A DNA stretch of 38,820 nt, taken from IMG/VR virus record IMGVR_UViG_2908572912_000003; one strand, given 5' to 3'. The notes beneath the pieces are model-generated. The model worked only from the letters and a program-made list of their open reading frames with translations. It had not been told where the DNA came from and did not search any database. A program made the translations under genes and the position numbers. Below, piece by piece: positions 1 to 8,564 of the stretch (positions within the stretch are counted from its first letter, which is position 1; every line of letters starts with the position of its first letter). The stretch is from a virus. Taxonomy: Duplodnaviria; Heunggongvirae; Uroviricota; Caudoviricetes.

Positions 1-265
<265 letters not shown>

Positions 266-273
<8 letters not shown>

Positions 274-553
274 GCGTCCTGTCTCCCCGGTCTTTCTGCT
301 GGGCGAGAAAATCGCGGCACAGGCCTTTGGCTTTCAGCTCATTCAGCACAAAATCAATATCTTCATTCAGGTAGCTGAAAATATGCGGAATGTAGAGCTG
401 ATGCAGGCCGGAGAGTTCACGGTGAATCAAATCACCCCCAACAAACTGGGATACGGCGCTGGCGCGGTTGAGCTTATGGTAAGCCTCAATGCTGAGGTGT
501 TCACGGGCGTCATGACGCGCTGAGACGGTCTGAGGGGCTTTTTTATTACGCAC
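266..553 (-). CDS. Hypothetical small protein (95 aa) of the satellite leftward operon
   Basis: GTG start at 553-551 preceded by GGAGG at a 6-nt spacing; the start lies 5 nt upstream of the Icd-like stop, consistent with translational coupling; charged, protein-like composition. Confidence 0.45.
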
Positions 554-743
554 GGGACACCTCCACCACCGGCAGACGGGCAGCAAGGGAGAGCACATAG
601 TCACGGACAAGGGAACGGCGGGCACTGCGTTCATCACCGGCGACGGTGCGAAGCATGCAGATACGGGGATGACGGTCTGCGCGACGGACAGCCGCAAACA
701 CAAAGACAAATTCAGGGTGTGAGGGGGTAAGGGTTGTAGCCAT
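546..743 (-). CDS. icd: Host cell division inhibitor Icd-like protein (P1 Icd / P4 Kil-like)
   Basis: 65-aa [24 protein letters not shown]...; ATG at 743 preceded by AAGGAGG at an 8-nt spacing. The frame is open upstream to an ATG at 881 ([14 protein letters not shown]...), so a longer Ash-family product (546..881) is an alternative. Confidence 0.55.
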   Translation of the reverse strand: MATTLTPSHPEFVFVFAAVRRADRHPRICMLRTVAGDERSARRSLVRDYVLSLAARLPVVEVSRA

Positions 744-1096
744 GATGGCAGCCTCCTTGAAGTAACAGTTACAGCTACCACTGGAGTTCCTACGCTCATG
801 GGTGGTAGCCCGGACGGGGGTAGGAATACCGGCCTTCAAGGAAACCGGCCAGCCCGAAGGCTGCCCCGCCCGGACCACCATTATCTGACAGAGGCTACGG
901 TTTAAAAAACACAGCCAGAAAAACAGGTGTGCCGAAGCAACGACGTAAAAAAAGACGCATGGCGCGTCATATGTCGCCTTGAAGTAACTCGGGTTCCTAC
1001 GCCCGGCTGCCGATTTTGCGGCAGCGGGAAAACTATATCCGCAAATGCCGGAAAAAGGCAAGCCAGAAAAAGGGACTTTTTGCAGGATGGGTATCA

Positions 1097-1363
1097 TCAC
1101 GCGTCGTACCCCCGTTTGCGTCCGGCAATGCGCCCGGCCATCCATGCGGTGACTTCAGAGTGCAGCCAGGCCACATTTTTACCGCCAAGACTCACCTGCG
1201 GCGGAAATTCCCCCTTACGGATGAGTTCATAGATGGTCGAGCGTGACAGGCCGCACAGGTGCATCACTTCCGGCAGACGTAAAAAACGCTCCTGCGTGAT
1301 GTCCGGCAGCGGCATCAGTGGCGTCACAGGGGCGGGAGACGGGGAAGAAAAAACAGCTTGCAT
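1097..1363 (-). CDS. alpA: AlpA-family phage transcriptional regulator (Vis/excisionase-like helix-turn-helix)
   Basis: 88-aa ORF containing ...[45 protein letters not shown]..., as recalled for AlpA/Vis-type regulators; ATG with GAGGT upstream. Confidence 0.8.
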   Translation of the reverse strand: MQAVFSSPSPAPVTPLMPLPDITQERFLRLPEVMHLCGLSRSTIYELIRKGEFPPQVSLGGKNVAWLHSEVTAWMAGRIAGRKRGYDA

Positions 1364-1641
1364 CGGGCTACCTCGTTAATGTCCATACAGCACCGGATAA
1401 GTCCGTCCGGCTTCGGGTAGCGCTTTATTTTGTGAATATTTTCAGCAGACGCAACAGGGGGGATTTGTTCCGGCAGCCTTACAATGGCTGTGTGTTTTTT
1501 GCACATCAGCGCCAGATAGCTTTAAAACGCTCTGGAAGGAGCTGGAAAAAATTATAGTGAAATGCAAATTGTTTTTTCTTATTTATTTCAGTTAATTAAT
1601 AAAAATAAAAAGTAATAAACAGCACAAAAAGTCCATCCACG

Positions 1642-1746
1642 GGTGAACAGTGGTGAACAGACGGTGAACAGTCATTACTGCGATTGTTCACCCTTTAACT
1701 TACTGTATTACTTATCTTTTTTCTTAAGGTGAACAGAGGTGAACAG
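1642..1746. repeat. P4-type iteron cluster (ori/crr-like alpha-protein binding sites)
   Basis: Five direct copies of GGTGAACAG (1642-1671 and 1728-1746) plus one inverted copy (TGTTCACC at 1685-1692) in the AT-rich alpA-sid intergenic region; the core matches the recalled P4 type I iteron TGTTCACC. Confidence 0.6.
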
Positions 1747-1824
1747 TAAAATATAAAAAAACAAACAGTAAGCCGGTTTTTCCTGCGACCTTTTCCTGGC
1801 TTGCCGGTCTGAGGATGAGTCTCC

Positions 1825-1842
1825 TGTGTCAGGGCTGGCACA
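1825..1842 (+). promoter_or_regulatory. Putative Ogr/Delta activator site (TGT-N12-ACA) of the sid late promoter
   Basis: TGT gtcagggctggc ACA dyad lies about 80 bp upstream of the sid ATG, which would place the start site near 1888 if centred at -55; a TCACAAT -10-like element follows. Confidence 0.4.
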
Positions 1843-1914
1843 TCTGCAATGCGTCGTGTTGTTGTCCGGTGTACGTCACAATTTTCTTAACCTGAAGTGA
1901 CGAGGAGCCGGAAA

Positions 1915-2649
1915 ATGTCTGACAACACCATCCCTGAATATCTGCAACCCGCGCTGGCACAACTGGAAAAGGCCAGAGCCGCCCATCTTGAGAACGCCCG
2001 CCTGATGGATGAGACCGTCACGGCCATTGAACGGGCAGAGCAGGAAAAAAATGAGCTGGCGCAGGCCGACGGAAACGACGCTGACGACTGGCGCACGGCC
2101 TTTCGTGCAGCCGGTGGTGTCCTGAGCGACGAGCTGAAACAGCGCCACATTGAGCGCGTGGCACGCCGGGAGCTGGTACAGGAATATGACAATCTGGCCG
2201 TGGTGCTGAATTTTGAACGTGAACGCCTGAAAGGGGCGTGTGACAGCACGGCCACCGCCTACCGGAAGGCACATCATCACCTGCTGAGTCTGTATGCAGA
2301 GCATGAGCTGGAACACGCCCTGAATGAAACCTGTGAGGCGCTTGTCCGGGCAATGCATCTGAGCATCCTGGTACAGGAAAATCCGCTCGCCAACACCACC
2401 GGCCATCAGGGCTACGTCGCGCCGGAAAAGGCTGTCATGCAGCAGGTGAAATCATCGCTGGAACAGAAAATAAAACAGATGCAAATCAGCCTCACCGGCG
2501 AGCCGGTTCTCCGGCTGACCGGACTGTCAGCGGCAACACTCCCGCACATGGATTATGAGGTGGCAGGCACACCGGCACAGCGCAAGGTGTGGCAGGACAA
2601 AATAGACCAGCAGGCAGCAGAGCTGAAGGCCAGAGGGCTGCTGTCATGA
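1915..2649 (+). CDS. sid: Capsid size determination protein Sid (P4-like external scaffold)
   Basis: 244-aa ORF, matching the recalled P4 Sid length; ATG at 1915 with GAGGAG at an 8-nt spacing; stop overlaps the delta start (ATGA); sid-delta-psu order. Confidence 0.7.
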   Translation: MSDNTIPEYLQPALAQLEKARAAHLENARLMDETVTAIERAEQEKNELAQADGNDADDWRTAFRAAGGVLSDELKQRHIERVARRELVQEYDNLAVVLNFERERLKGACDSTATAYRKAHHHLLSLYAEHELEHALNETCEALVRAMHLSILVQENPLANTTGHQGYVAPEKAVMQQVKSSLEQKIKQMQISLTGEPVLRLTGLSAATLPHMDYEVAGTPAQRKVWQDKIDQQAAELKARGLLS

Positions 2650-3146
2650 TTTACTGCCCGTCGTGTGGACATGTTGCTCACACCCGTCGCGCACATTTCA
2701 TGGACGATGGCACCAAGATAATGATTGCACAGTGCCGGAATATTTATTGCTCTGCGACATTTGAAGCGAGTGAAAGCTTTTTCTCTGACTGTAAAGATTC
2801 AGGAATGGAATACATTTCAGGCAAACAGAGATACCGCGATTCACTGACGTCAGCCTCCGGCAGCATGAAACGCCCGAAAAGAATGCTTGTTACCGGATAT
2901 TGTTGTCGGAGATGTAAAGGCCTTGCACTGTCAAGAACATCGCGGCGTCTGTCTCAGGAAGTCACCGAGCGTTTTTATGTGTGCACGGATCCGGGCTGTG
3001 GTCTGGTGTTTAAAACGCTTCAGACCATCAACCGCTTCATTGTCCGCCCGGTCACGCCGGACGAACTGGCAGAAAGCCTGCATGAAAAACAGGAACTGCC
3101 GCCAGTACGCTTAAAAACACAATCATATTCGCTGCGTCTGGAATGA
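2646..3146 (+). CDS. delta: Late gene activator Delta (tandem Ogr-like zinc-finger domains)
   Basis: 166 aa with two Ogr-type zinc-finger modules (MIYCPSCGH...CRNIYC and YCCRRCKG...YVCTDPGCG). Confidence 0.85.
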   Translation: MIYCPSCGHVAHTRRAHFMDDGTKIMIAQCRNIYCSATFEASESFFSDCKDSGMEYISGKQRYRDSLTSASGSMKRPKRMLVTGYCCRRCKGLALSRTSRRLSQEVTERFYVCTDPGCGLVFKTLQTINRFIVRPVTPDELAESLHEKQELPPVRLKTQSYSLRLE

Positions 3147-3219
3147 GGGCTGCCGGTTAACACCGGCCGTCGCCGCACACCGTATTTTTATTCTTCAGCA
3201 TGATGAGAAAGAGATAACG

Positions 3220-3792
3220 ATGGAAAGCACAGCCTTACAGCAGGCCTTTGACACCTGTCAGAATAACAAAGCAGCATGGCTGCAACGCAAAAATGAGCTG
3301 GCAGCGGCCGAACAGGAATATCTGCGGCTTCTGTCAGGAGAAGGCAGAAACGTCAGTCGCCTGGACGAATTACGCAATATTATCGAAGTCAGAAAATGGC
3401 AGGTGAATCAGGCCGCCGGTCGTTATATTCGTTCGCATGAAGCCGTTCAGCACATCAGCATCCGCGACCGGCTGAATGATTTTATGCAGCAGCACGGCAC
3501 AGCACTGGCGGCGGCACTGGCACCGGAGCTGATGGGCTACAGTGAGCTGACGGCCATTGCCCGAAACTGTGCCATACAGCGTGCCACAGATGCCCTGCGT
3601 GAAGCCCTTCTGTCCTGGCTTGCGAAGGGGGAAAAAATTAATTATTCCGCACAGGATAGCGACATTTTAACGACCATCGGATTCAGGCCTGACGCGGCTT
3701 CGGTGGACGACAGCCGTGAAAAATTCACCCCTGCGCAGAACATGATTTTTTCGCGTAAAAGTGCGCAACTGGCATCACGTCAGTCTGTGTAA
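3220..3792 (+). CDS. psu: Polarity suppression protein Psu (capsid decoration / Rho antagonist)
   Basis: 190 aa, matching the recalled P4 Psu length; sits immediately after delta and before the cos-like site. Confidence 0.8.
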   Translation: MESTALQQAFDTCQNNKAAWLQRKNELAAAEQEYLRLLSGEGRNVSRLDELRNIIEVRKWQVNQAAGRYIRSHEAVQHISIRDRLNDFMQQHGTALAAALAPELMGYSELTAIARNCAIQRATDALREALLSWLAKGEKINYSAQDSDILTTIGFRPDAASVDDSREKFTPAQNMIFSRKSAQLASRQSV

Positions 3793-3828
3793 AATTTCCC
3801 GAAAATCCGCCTGTTTTTACTGAAAAAA

Positions 3829-3853
3829 GCCATGCATCGATAAGGTGCATGGC
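3829..3853 (+). terminator. Possible terminator hairpin after psu
   Basis: GCCATGCA...TGCATGGC inverted repeat followed by TTT; the U-tract is weak. Confidence 0.3.
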
Positions 3854-3956
3854 TTTGCATGCGTTTCCCTGCCTCATTTTCTGCAGACCGCGCCATTCCC
3901 GGCGCGGTCTGAGCGTGTCAGTGCAACTGCATTAAAACCGCCCCGCAAAGCGGGCG

Positions 3957-3975
3957 GGCGTGGCGGGGAGAGCAT
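3957..3975. other. P2/P4-type cohesive end (cos) site, variant
   Basis: GGCGTGGCGGGGAGAGCAT matches the recalled 19-nt P2/P4 cos GGCGAGGCGGGGAAAGCAC at 16 of 19 positions and lies downstream of psu as in P4. Confidence 0.4.
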
Positions 3976-4136
3976 TGCGCGCTGCCTGCAGAGCTAAATT
4001 ATTTTATTCATCCAATTTTAGTGATGGTTGGGACGGGCTGAATTTCGTGAATTTCCGAAAAAGAGTTAAAGTTTTCATCCCAATTAACATAAAACTATAT
4101 TGCGGATGTTTGCTTTAGCCCTTTCTCTCGTAAGAT

Positions 4137-6368
4137 TCATAAAAGTATTGGCCCTTTATTAAAATCATTGGTTTTGAAGTTTATTTCAAAGTGTTTGTAT
4201 ATTCGAGCCGGTTTTTCAGCAAAAAGTTCGTTTGCAGTTACGATGAATGCCGGGATATCCAGTTCTTTAGCATTAAGATACTCTATTGTTTTAATGATTC
4301 GCTCATCCTCCTTGCTGAGGAGACATGAAAACATAATAAAGTCACAATTCACCAGTGCGGCTATCTTGAGAAGTTCGTCGATTTGCTTGGTGCTGAATGT
4401 AGCATTAGACTTGCATTCGCATAGGCCCAATTTATGACCAATCTTCACAAAAACATCGATGTCAGATATTAGTTTTGTTTCTTTAAATACTTCATAGTTG
4501 GATTCATAACTAAAATGGTTATAGCCTTGTTTATTAATGTAATTTATTAATAATAAAGTGGCTAATTGACCTTGGTCTACCGCGCGGGCTACTAGTTGAT
4601 TTAACTTATAGTGGTCGTTTAGTACTTTCCCGTTATCGAATAAAGGTATGTTAATCACGTTCCCACATTCGACGCAGTGGTTTATCCGTTGTAAGGTTTC
4701 CAAGGGAAACCATAGCATTGCTGAACAATGCTCACATTGGAAATGCTTCCCTCTTAATAAAATGTTTGCATTATATAAGTTTTGCAACTTCCCTTGGTAG
4801 AGTGCGGGTGATGTGTTTTTGTCTTTTAATTTATTCTCTATGGTTTCCATAGGAATAATGGTGGATGATAACGATATGTCGCCTCGCTCTTTTAGAGTGC
4901 CAATGTGAGAAATTAAGTCATCGTGTGAAATATTATCTTCAAGATTAGGAAATGCCTTTTTAACAAGTCGTTCTGTCCTTGTATGCGGGGTCAGCGATAC
5001 CAATAAATCAAATATTTTTTTGTCGCTAATTAATTTAGCGTTATCAACTCCGCCGAGTAGTTGTATTAATTGCTCTAAAATAAACGTTTTTGCTGTTTGC
5101 TTTAATGTGAGACTATAATGGTGAAAATGTGAGTGTAGTAAATCAACAAATGAAGGTAGTTTGAATGTTTCAGTTATTCCTGATGTGCTGTAAGGAGAGA
5201 AATGTTTGAAGTACTTGGATAACCCCTTCTTGGATAAGCGTGTAAAGTGGTGCGAAAACATTGAGTTATCTACGAGGTTATCAGAAAAACAATGGCCTAA
5301 AAAATATTTTTTGGGATAGGATAGTTCTGCTGGCCCTCTAACTTCAAAAACAAATCCTCCTCCAAAACCTATATCAGCGAATGTCTTTTCATTAGGGTGA
5401 GTTAGGGTTTTGATGTCTGATGGGTCTGTGAGATATTGGTTATGTTCAAAATTGGTCCATCTTTCTTTATTACTTGGGAAGTAGTATTTGTCAGCAATAA
5501 TATATTCATTGCTTGAAAGGTTAGACGGTAATTTATTTATTTCGTTTTCATTGCTTACGACCAATATGGTTTCATTAGATATTATCTCTCCATATCTCTC
5601 AATTTCTTCAAGCGGCAACCAAGCTAATTTGGCATAGTTATAGCTGTTTCTGGTGTTCCAAAAGTAAAGAATGAAATTGAAGTCAGACGAGTGTGAGATA
5701 AACAGATAATCCTTGTCTTTATCTGCAAAAAAACCTTTATTATTATGGTTTTTGTCATAGATACTTGATGATGTATATGCAGAGCCTATAGCGTTGGTTA
5801 AATTGTGATATTTTGTTTTGTTTTCGAATATATTTGATTTTATTTTATTAGGGTCGGCGATGCATGAAATGGTTACATCTTGAAAAATTGATGGCATTCT
5901 CTTTAAGTGGACATAGTTTCTTTTATCTATTACACCAAAGTTTAAAGCGAGGAATAACGAGTTGGCAGTATATTCAATATTTGATGATGCATAAACTTTA
6001 CTAGGTATTAATGTTGGGTCTTTTGTGGCTAAATAAGGAGTGCTAGAGAACGTAAAAATTGGAGAGCAAAAGTTTAGTAAATTATAGTTAGTTGACTTGG
6101 AATTGTAAGTTATAGCATTAAAGAATTCTGAAATGGTTTCATCTTCAAGGTTTGAATAGTTGAGTACAACATCAGGATCATAGCTATCAACAAGTGTCTT
6201 GTTTATTTCTGAAAGCAATGAATTATCATTTTTTAAAATTAAATTTAGGATGCCATCAATATCTTGCATTAACGACATGAATATTGATAGGAATATTTCA
6301 TGATCATCTTCGATGATAAACAACTTTCGAATGGGACGGACTTTGGTTGTAACAAATGAATTATACAC
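4137..6368 (-). CDS. Large uncharacterised cargo protein (743 aa) with a C-terminal zinc ribbon and PD-(D/E)xK-like nuclease motifs; candidate anti-phage defence protein
   Basis: Uninterrupted 2.2-kb ORF, visibly AT-rich against GC-richer flanks; GTG start at 6368 with AAGGAA upstream, 25 bp downstream of the integrase stop; CEHC (4725-4736) and CVEC (4665-4676) cysteine pairs; DIDVFV followed by ECK (4410-4418). No Walker A motif seen. Confidence 0.75.
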   Translation of the reverse strand: MYNSFVTTKVRPIRKLFIIEDDHEIFLSIFMSLMQDIDGILNLILKNDNSLLSEINKTLVDSYDPDVVLNYSNLEDETISEFFNAITYNSKSTNYNLLNFCSPIFTFSSTPYLATKDPTLIPSKVYASSNIEYTANSLFLALNFGVIDKRNYVHLKRMPSIFQDVTISCIADPNKIKSNIFENKTKYHNLTNAIGSAYTSSSIYDKNHNNKGFFADKDKDYLFISHSSDFNFILYFWNTRNSYNYAKLAWLPLEEIERYGEIISNETILVVSNENEINKLPSNLSSNEYIIADKYYFPSNKERWTNFEHNQYLTDPSDIKTLTHPNEKTFADIGFGGGFVFEVRGPAELSYPKKYFLGHCFSDNLVDNSMFSHHFTRLSKKGLSKYFKHFSPYSTSGITETFKLPSFVDLLHSHFHHYSLTLKQTAKTFILEQLIQLLGGVDNAKLISDKKIFDLLVSLTPHTRTERLVKKAFPNLEDNISHDDLISHIGTLKERGDISLSSTIIPMETIENKLKDKNTSPALYQGKLQNLYNANILLRGKHFQCEHCSAMLWFPLETLQRINHCVECGNVINIPLFDNGKVLNDHYKLNQLVARAVDQGQLATLLLINYINKQGYNHFSYESNYEVFKETKLISDIDVFVKIGHKLGLCECKSNATFSTKQIDELLKIAALVNCDFIMFSCLLSKEDERIIKTIEYLNAKELDIPAFIVTANELFAEKPARIYKHFEINFKTNDFNKGPILL

Positions 6369-6393
6369 TTTTTCGCATTCCTTTTATTGTTTT

Positions 6394-7596
6394 TTAATTA
6401 CTGGCTGATAGTGACTTAACGTAATTCCCCCACCAACTCATTAGCTCTATCCTTTGTTCTAAATAAATTGAACGATTATAAGCTCTACGTACTTCATTTT
6501 TATCTGTGTGCGCTAATGCTGACTCTATGACATCCGCATTCATCCCCGCTTCATTCATCGCTGTACTCGCAATAGACCTTAAACCATGAGCAACAAGCTT
6601 TCCACCATATCCAATTCTCTTCAGCGCAGCATTAGCCGTCTGGCTATTCATTGGTTGCTTTGGGTCATTCCTGCTCGGAAAAACGTGCTCTCGATTGGCA
6701 CTAATAGGTTTCATCACTTCGAGAATCTCTAATGCCTGAGTTGAGAGAGGAACTATGTGCTCACGTTTAGCCTTCATTCGTTCGGCCGGAATCGTCCATA
6801 GCTTTGTTTCGAGATCGATTTCAGCCCACCGAGCACCGGAGGCCTCAGAAGGGCGCACAAGGGTCAGGAGTTGCCATTCGATTAGACAGCGAGTCGGAAC
6901 AGACAGATTTGACATGACTAAAGAACGCATCAGCTTCGGCAATTCTTCTGGCCGCAACGTCGGCATGTTTTGCTTTTTGGGCTTCTCAAAGGCCATGCCA
7001 ACACCGGATGCTGGATTGGCATCAATCAGACCAGTGTTTACGGCATAAATCATGATTTCGTTAATACGCTGCACCAGTCGACGTACAGTCTCAAGCGCCC
7101 CACGTGCTTTTATTGGCTCAAGGGCTTCAACCAAAGTTCGGGCTTTGATTTGCTGAACGGGGATCTCACCGATGGCAGGGAATACATCTTTCTCCAGTGA
7201 ACGCCAAATGTCTTTTGCGTAATCAGGGGTAACGCTTTTGCTTTTGAGATGGAACCAGTTAGCGGCGACCGTTGAAAAAATACTGTCCAGAGCGATTTGC
7301 TGCTGTTCCTCTGCAACTTCGGCCTGAATTTGTGGGTCAATTCCGTTGGCTAACAAGGCAAGGTAATCCGCTCTTAACCCTCGGGCGTCAGCAAGTGAAA
7401 GGGCGGGGAAAGCACCTAGCCCCATCATTGTCCGCTGTTTTGTCGCCGGACGTTGATAACGGAAACGCCAGAGCTTTTTCCCGCTGGTTTTCACTATCAG
7501 GAAAAGGCCATCGCCATCATGCAGCGTTAGATCCTTCTCTAACGCTTTAGCGCGCAGAACTTCGGTGTTGGTCAGGGGGCGTGTTGTCCGTGCCAC
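6394..7596 (-). CDS. int: P4-type tyrosine integrase
   Basis: 400 aa; N-terminal arm-binding region (GLFLIVKTSGKKLWRFRYQ) and C-terminal catalytic region (HGLRSIAST...AHTD...RAYNR); GTG start with AAGGAG upstream; adjacent to the att core. Confidence 0.9.
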   Translation of the reverse strand: MARTTRPLTNTEVLRAKALEKDLTLHDGDGLFLIVKTSGKKLWRFRYQRPATKQRTMMGLGAFPALSLADARGLRADYLALLANGIDPQIQAEVAEEQQQIALDSIFSTVAANWFHLKSKSVTPDYAKDIWRSLEKDVFPAIGEIPVQQIKARTLVEALEPIKARGALETVRRLVQRINEIMIYAVNTGLIDANPASGVGMAFEKPKKQNMPTLRPEELPKLMRSLVMSNLSVPTRCLIEWQLLTLVRPSEASGARWAEIDLETKLWTIPAERMKAKREHIVPLSTQALEILEVMKPISANREHVFPSRNDPKQPMNSQTANAALKRIGYGGKLVAHGLRSIASTAMNEAGMNADVIESALAHTDKNEVRRAYNRSIYLEQRIELMSWWGNYVKSLSASN

Positions 7597-7618
7597 TGTG
7601 GTCGCTCCTTCATGAATT

Positions 7619-7666
7619 GGTATACGCTTTTAGGTATACATCCTACCGTATACCTAAACGTATACC
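7619..7666. promoter_or_regulatory. Cluster of GTATAC-core repeats in the integrase upstream region (possible Int or regulator binding sites)
   Basis: GGTATAC at 7619-7625 and 7633-7639, and CGTATACC at 7647-7654 and 7659-7666, within 70 bp upstream of the int start. Confidence 0.3.
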
Positions 7667-7712
7667 AATAATCACCGGATTTAGCCGGATGTTCTCGGAC
7701 AACGACAGACAC

Positions 7713-7744
7713 AAAAAAGCCCGCAGGGCTTATGCCGTGCGGGC
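7713..7744 (-). terminator. Rho-independent terminator following the tmRNA-like 3' end
   Basis: GCCCGCA...TGCGGGC hairpin (7719-7744) with an A-run on the plus strand (7713-7718), giving a U-tract on the minus strand just downstream of the att core. Confidence 0.5.
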
Positions 7745-7780
7745 TTTCTGTACTTCACTGGACGTATCCGGATCATGATT

Positions 7781-7808
7781 TGGTGGGCTGGCGGGAGTTG
7801 AACCCGCG
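7781..7808 (-). other. Attachment-site core: 3'-terminal 28 nt of a tmRNA (ssrA)-like gene, not a complete RNA gene
   Basis: Minus strand reads CGCGGGTTCAACTCCCGCCAGCCCACCA, nearly identical to the recalled E. coli ssrA 3' end (GCGGGTTCAACTCCCGCCAGCTCCACCA); the sequence 5' of it is AT-rich and not RNA-like. Confidence 0.55.
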
Positions 7809-7937
7809 TTCTATTAATGGTAAATAACTGTAATTTATAGCTTTTATTTGAAGTAGATCACATGCGTATCCTTTGTGGATACTTGAGGTATATGTTATAT
7901 ATAAAACATATATTTACATGAAGTAAATGGATGTTTT

Positions 7938-8561
7938 ATGACAATACAGGAAATAATTCAGCAACGTAATATTCGTAGCTTGTTTCATTTTACACATAGC
8001 GATAATCTAACTTCCATTTTAGATAATGGCCTTATGTCTCGTTCAGAACTTGATAATGAAAATAATGAATATAATTATAATGATGAAGAAAGGATTGATG
8101 GTCATCCAGATGCGATTTGTTTGTCCGTAAGTTACCCTAATGCAAAAATGTTTTATAAATATAGATGTTTAAAGCCTGGGGACTGGGTTATATTAGAAAT
8201 CAATCCATCTGTTCTTTGGGCTAAGGATTGCGCTTTTTATCCTACCAACGCAGCTTCGAATAACGTTCGTTTTATAAATCTTGATTTGATGAAAGGAGCT
8301 GAGGCATTTAGTGCTTTGTTTTCAGAGAATGTTTTTGGGATTCAGAGAGATGTAAACCTTCCAAGTGAGTATACGACGGATGTTCAAGCTGAAATACTGG
8401 TATTTGAAAAAATTCCTCCCTCATATATTATAAGCACTTTTCACCCTAACAAAGAATCTGCTGAACATTTCAAGAGATTATATCCACAGACAATACAGAG
8501 ATCTTATGATAATCTTAATGCTAGAACATTTTATTCTCAGAGGCATTATTATTTAGGATAA
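7938..8561 (+). CDS. DarT-like DNA ADP-ribosyltransferase toxin (DUF4433-like)
   Basis: 207 aa, AT-rich; N-terminal LFHFTHSDNLTSILDNGLMS resembles the recalled DarT NAD-binding motif; candidate catalytic Glu in AEILVFE near residue 150-155; a partner ORF follows 4 bp downstream. Confidence 0.5.
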   Translation: MTIQEIIQQRNIRSLFHFTHSDNLTSILDNGLMSRSELDNENNEYNYNDEERIDGHPDAICLSVSYPNAKMFYKYRCLKPGDWVILEINPSVLWAKDCAFYPTNAASNNVRFINLDLMKGAEAFSALFSENVFGIQRDVNLPSEYTTDVQAEILVFEKIPPSYIISTFHPNKESAEHFKRLYPQTIQRSYDNLNARTFYSQRHYYLG

Positions 8562-8564
8562 GTT

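Noticed and set aside
546-1145. 199-aa minus-strand ORF spanning the alpA-icd interval
   Set aside because: It is an in-frame upstream extension of the Icd-like gene that overlaps the alpA 3' end and contains the internal ribosome-binding site. Most of it has junk-like composition, so only the Icd-like core is reported, with the Ash-like extension noted as an alternative.
1642-1746. CRISPR array reading of the GGTGAACAG repeats
   Set aside because: The repeats are 9 bp with irregular short spacers and one inverted copy, and no cas genes are nearby; they fit replication iterons.
7781-7870. Possible complete tRNA or tmRNA gene at the att core
   Set aside because: Only the 3'-terminal 28 nt are RNA-like; the sequence where the RNA body would be is AT-rich promoter DNA of the DarT-like gene, so this is an att core fragment.
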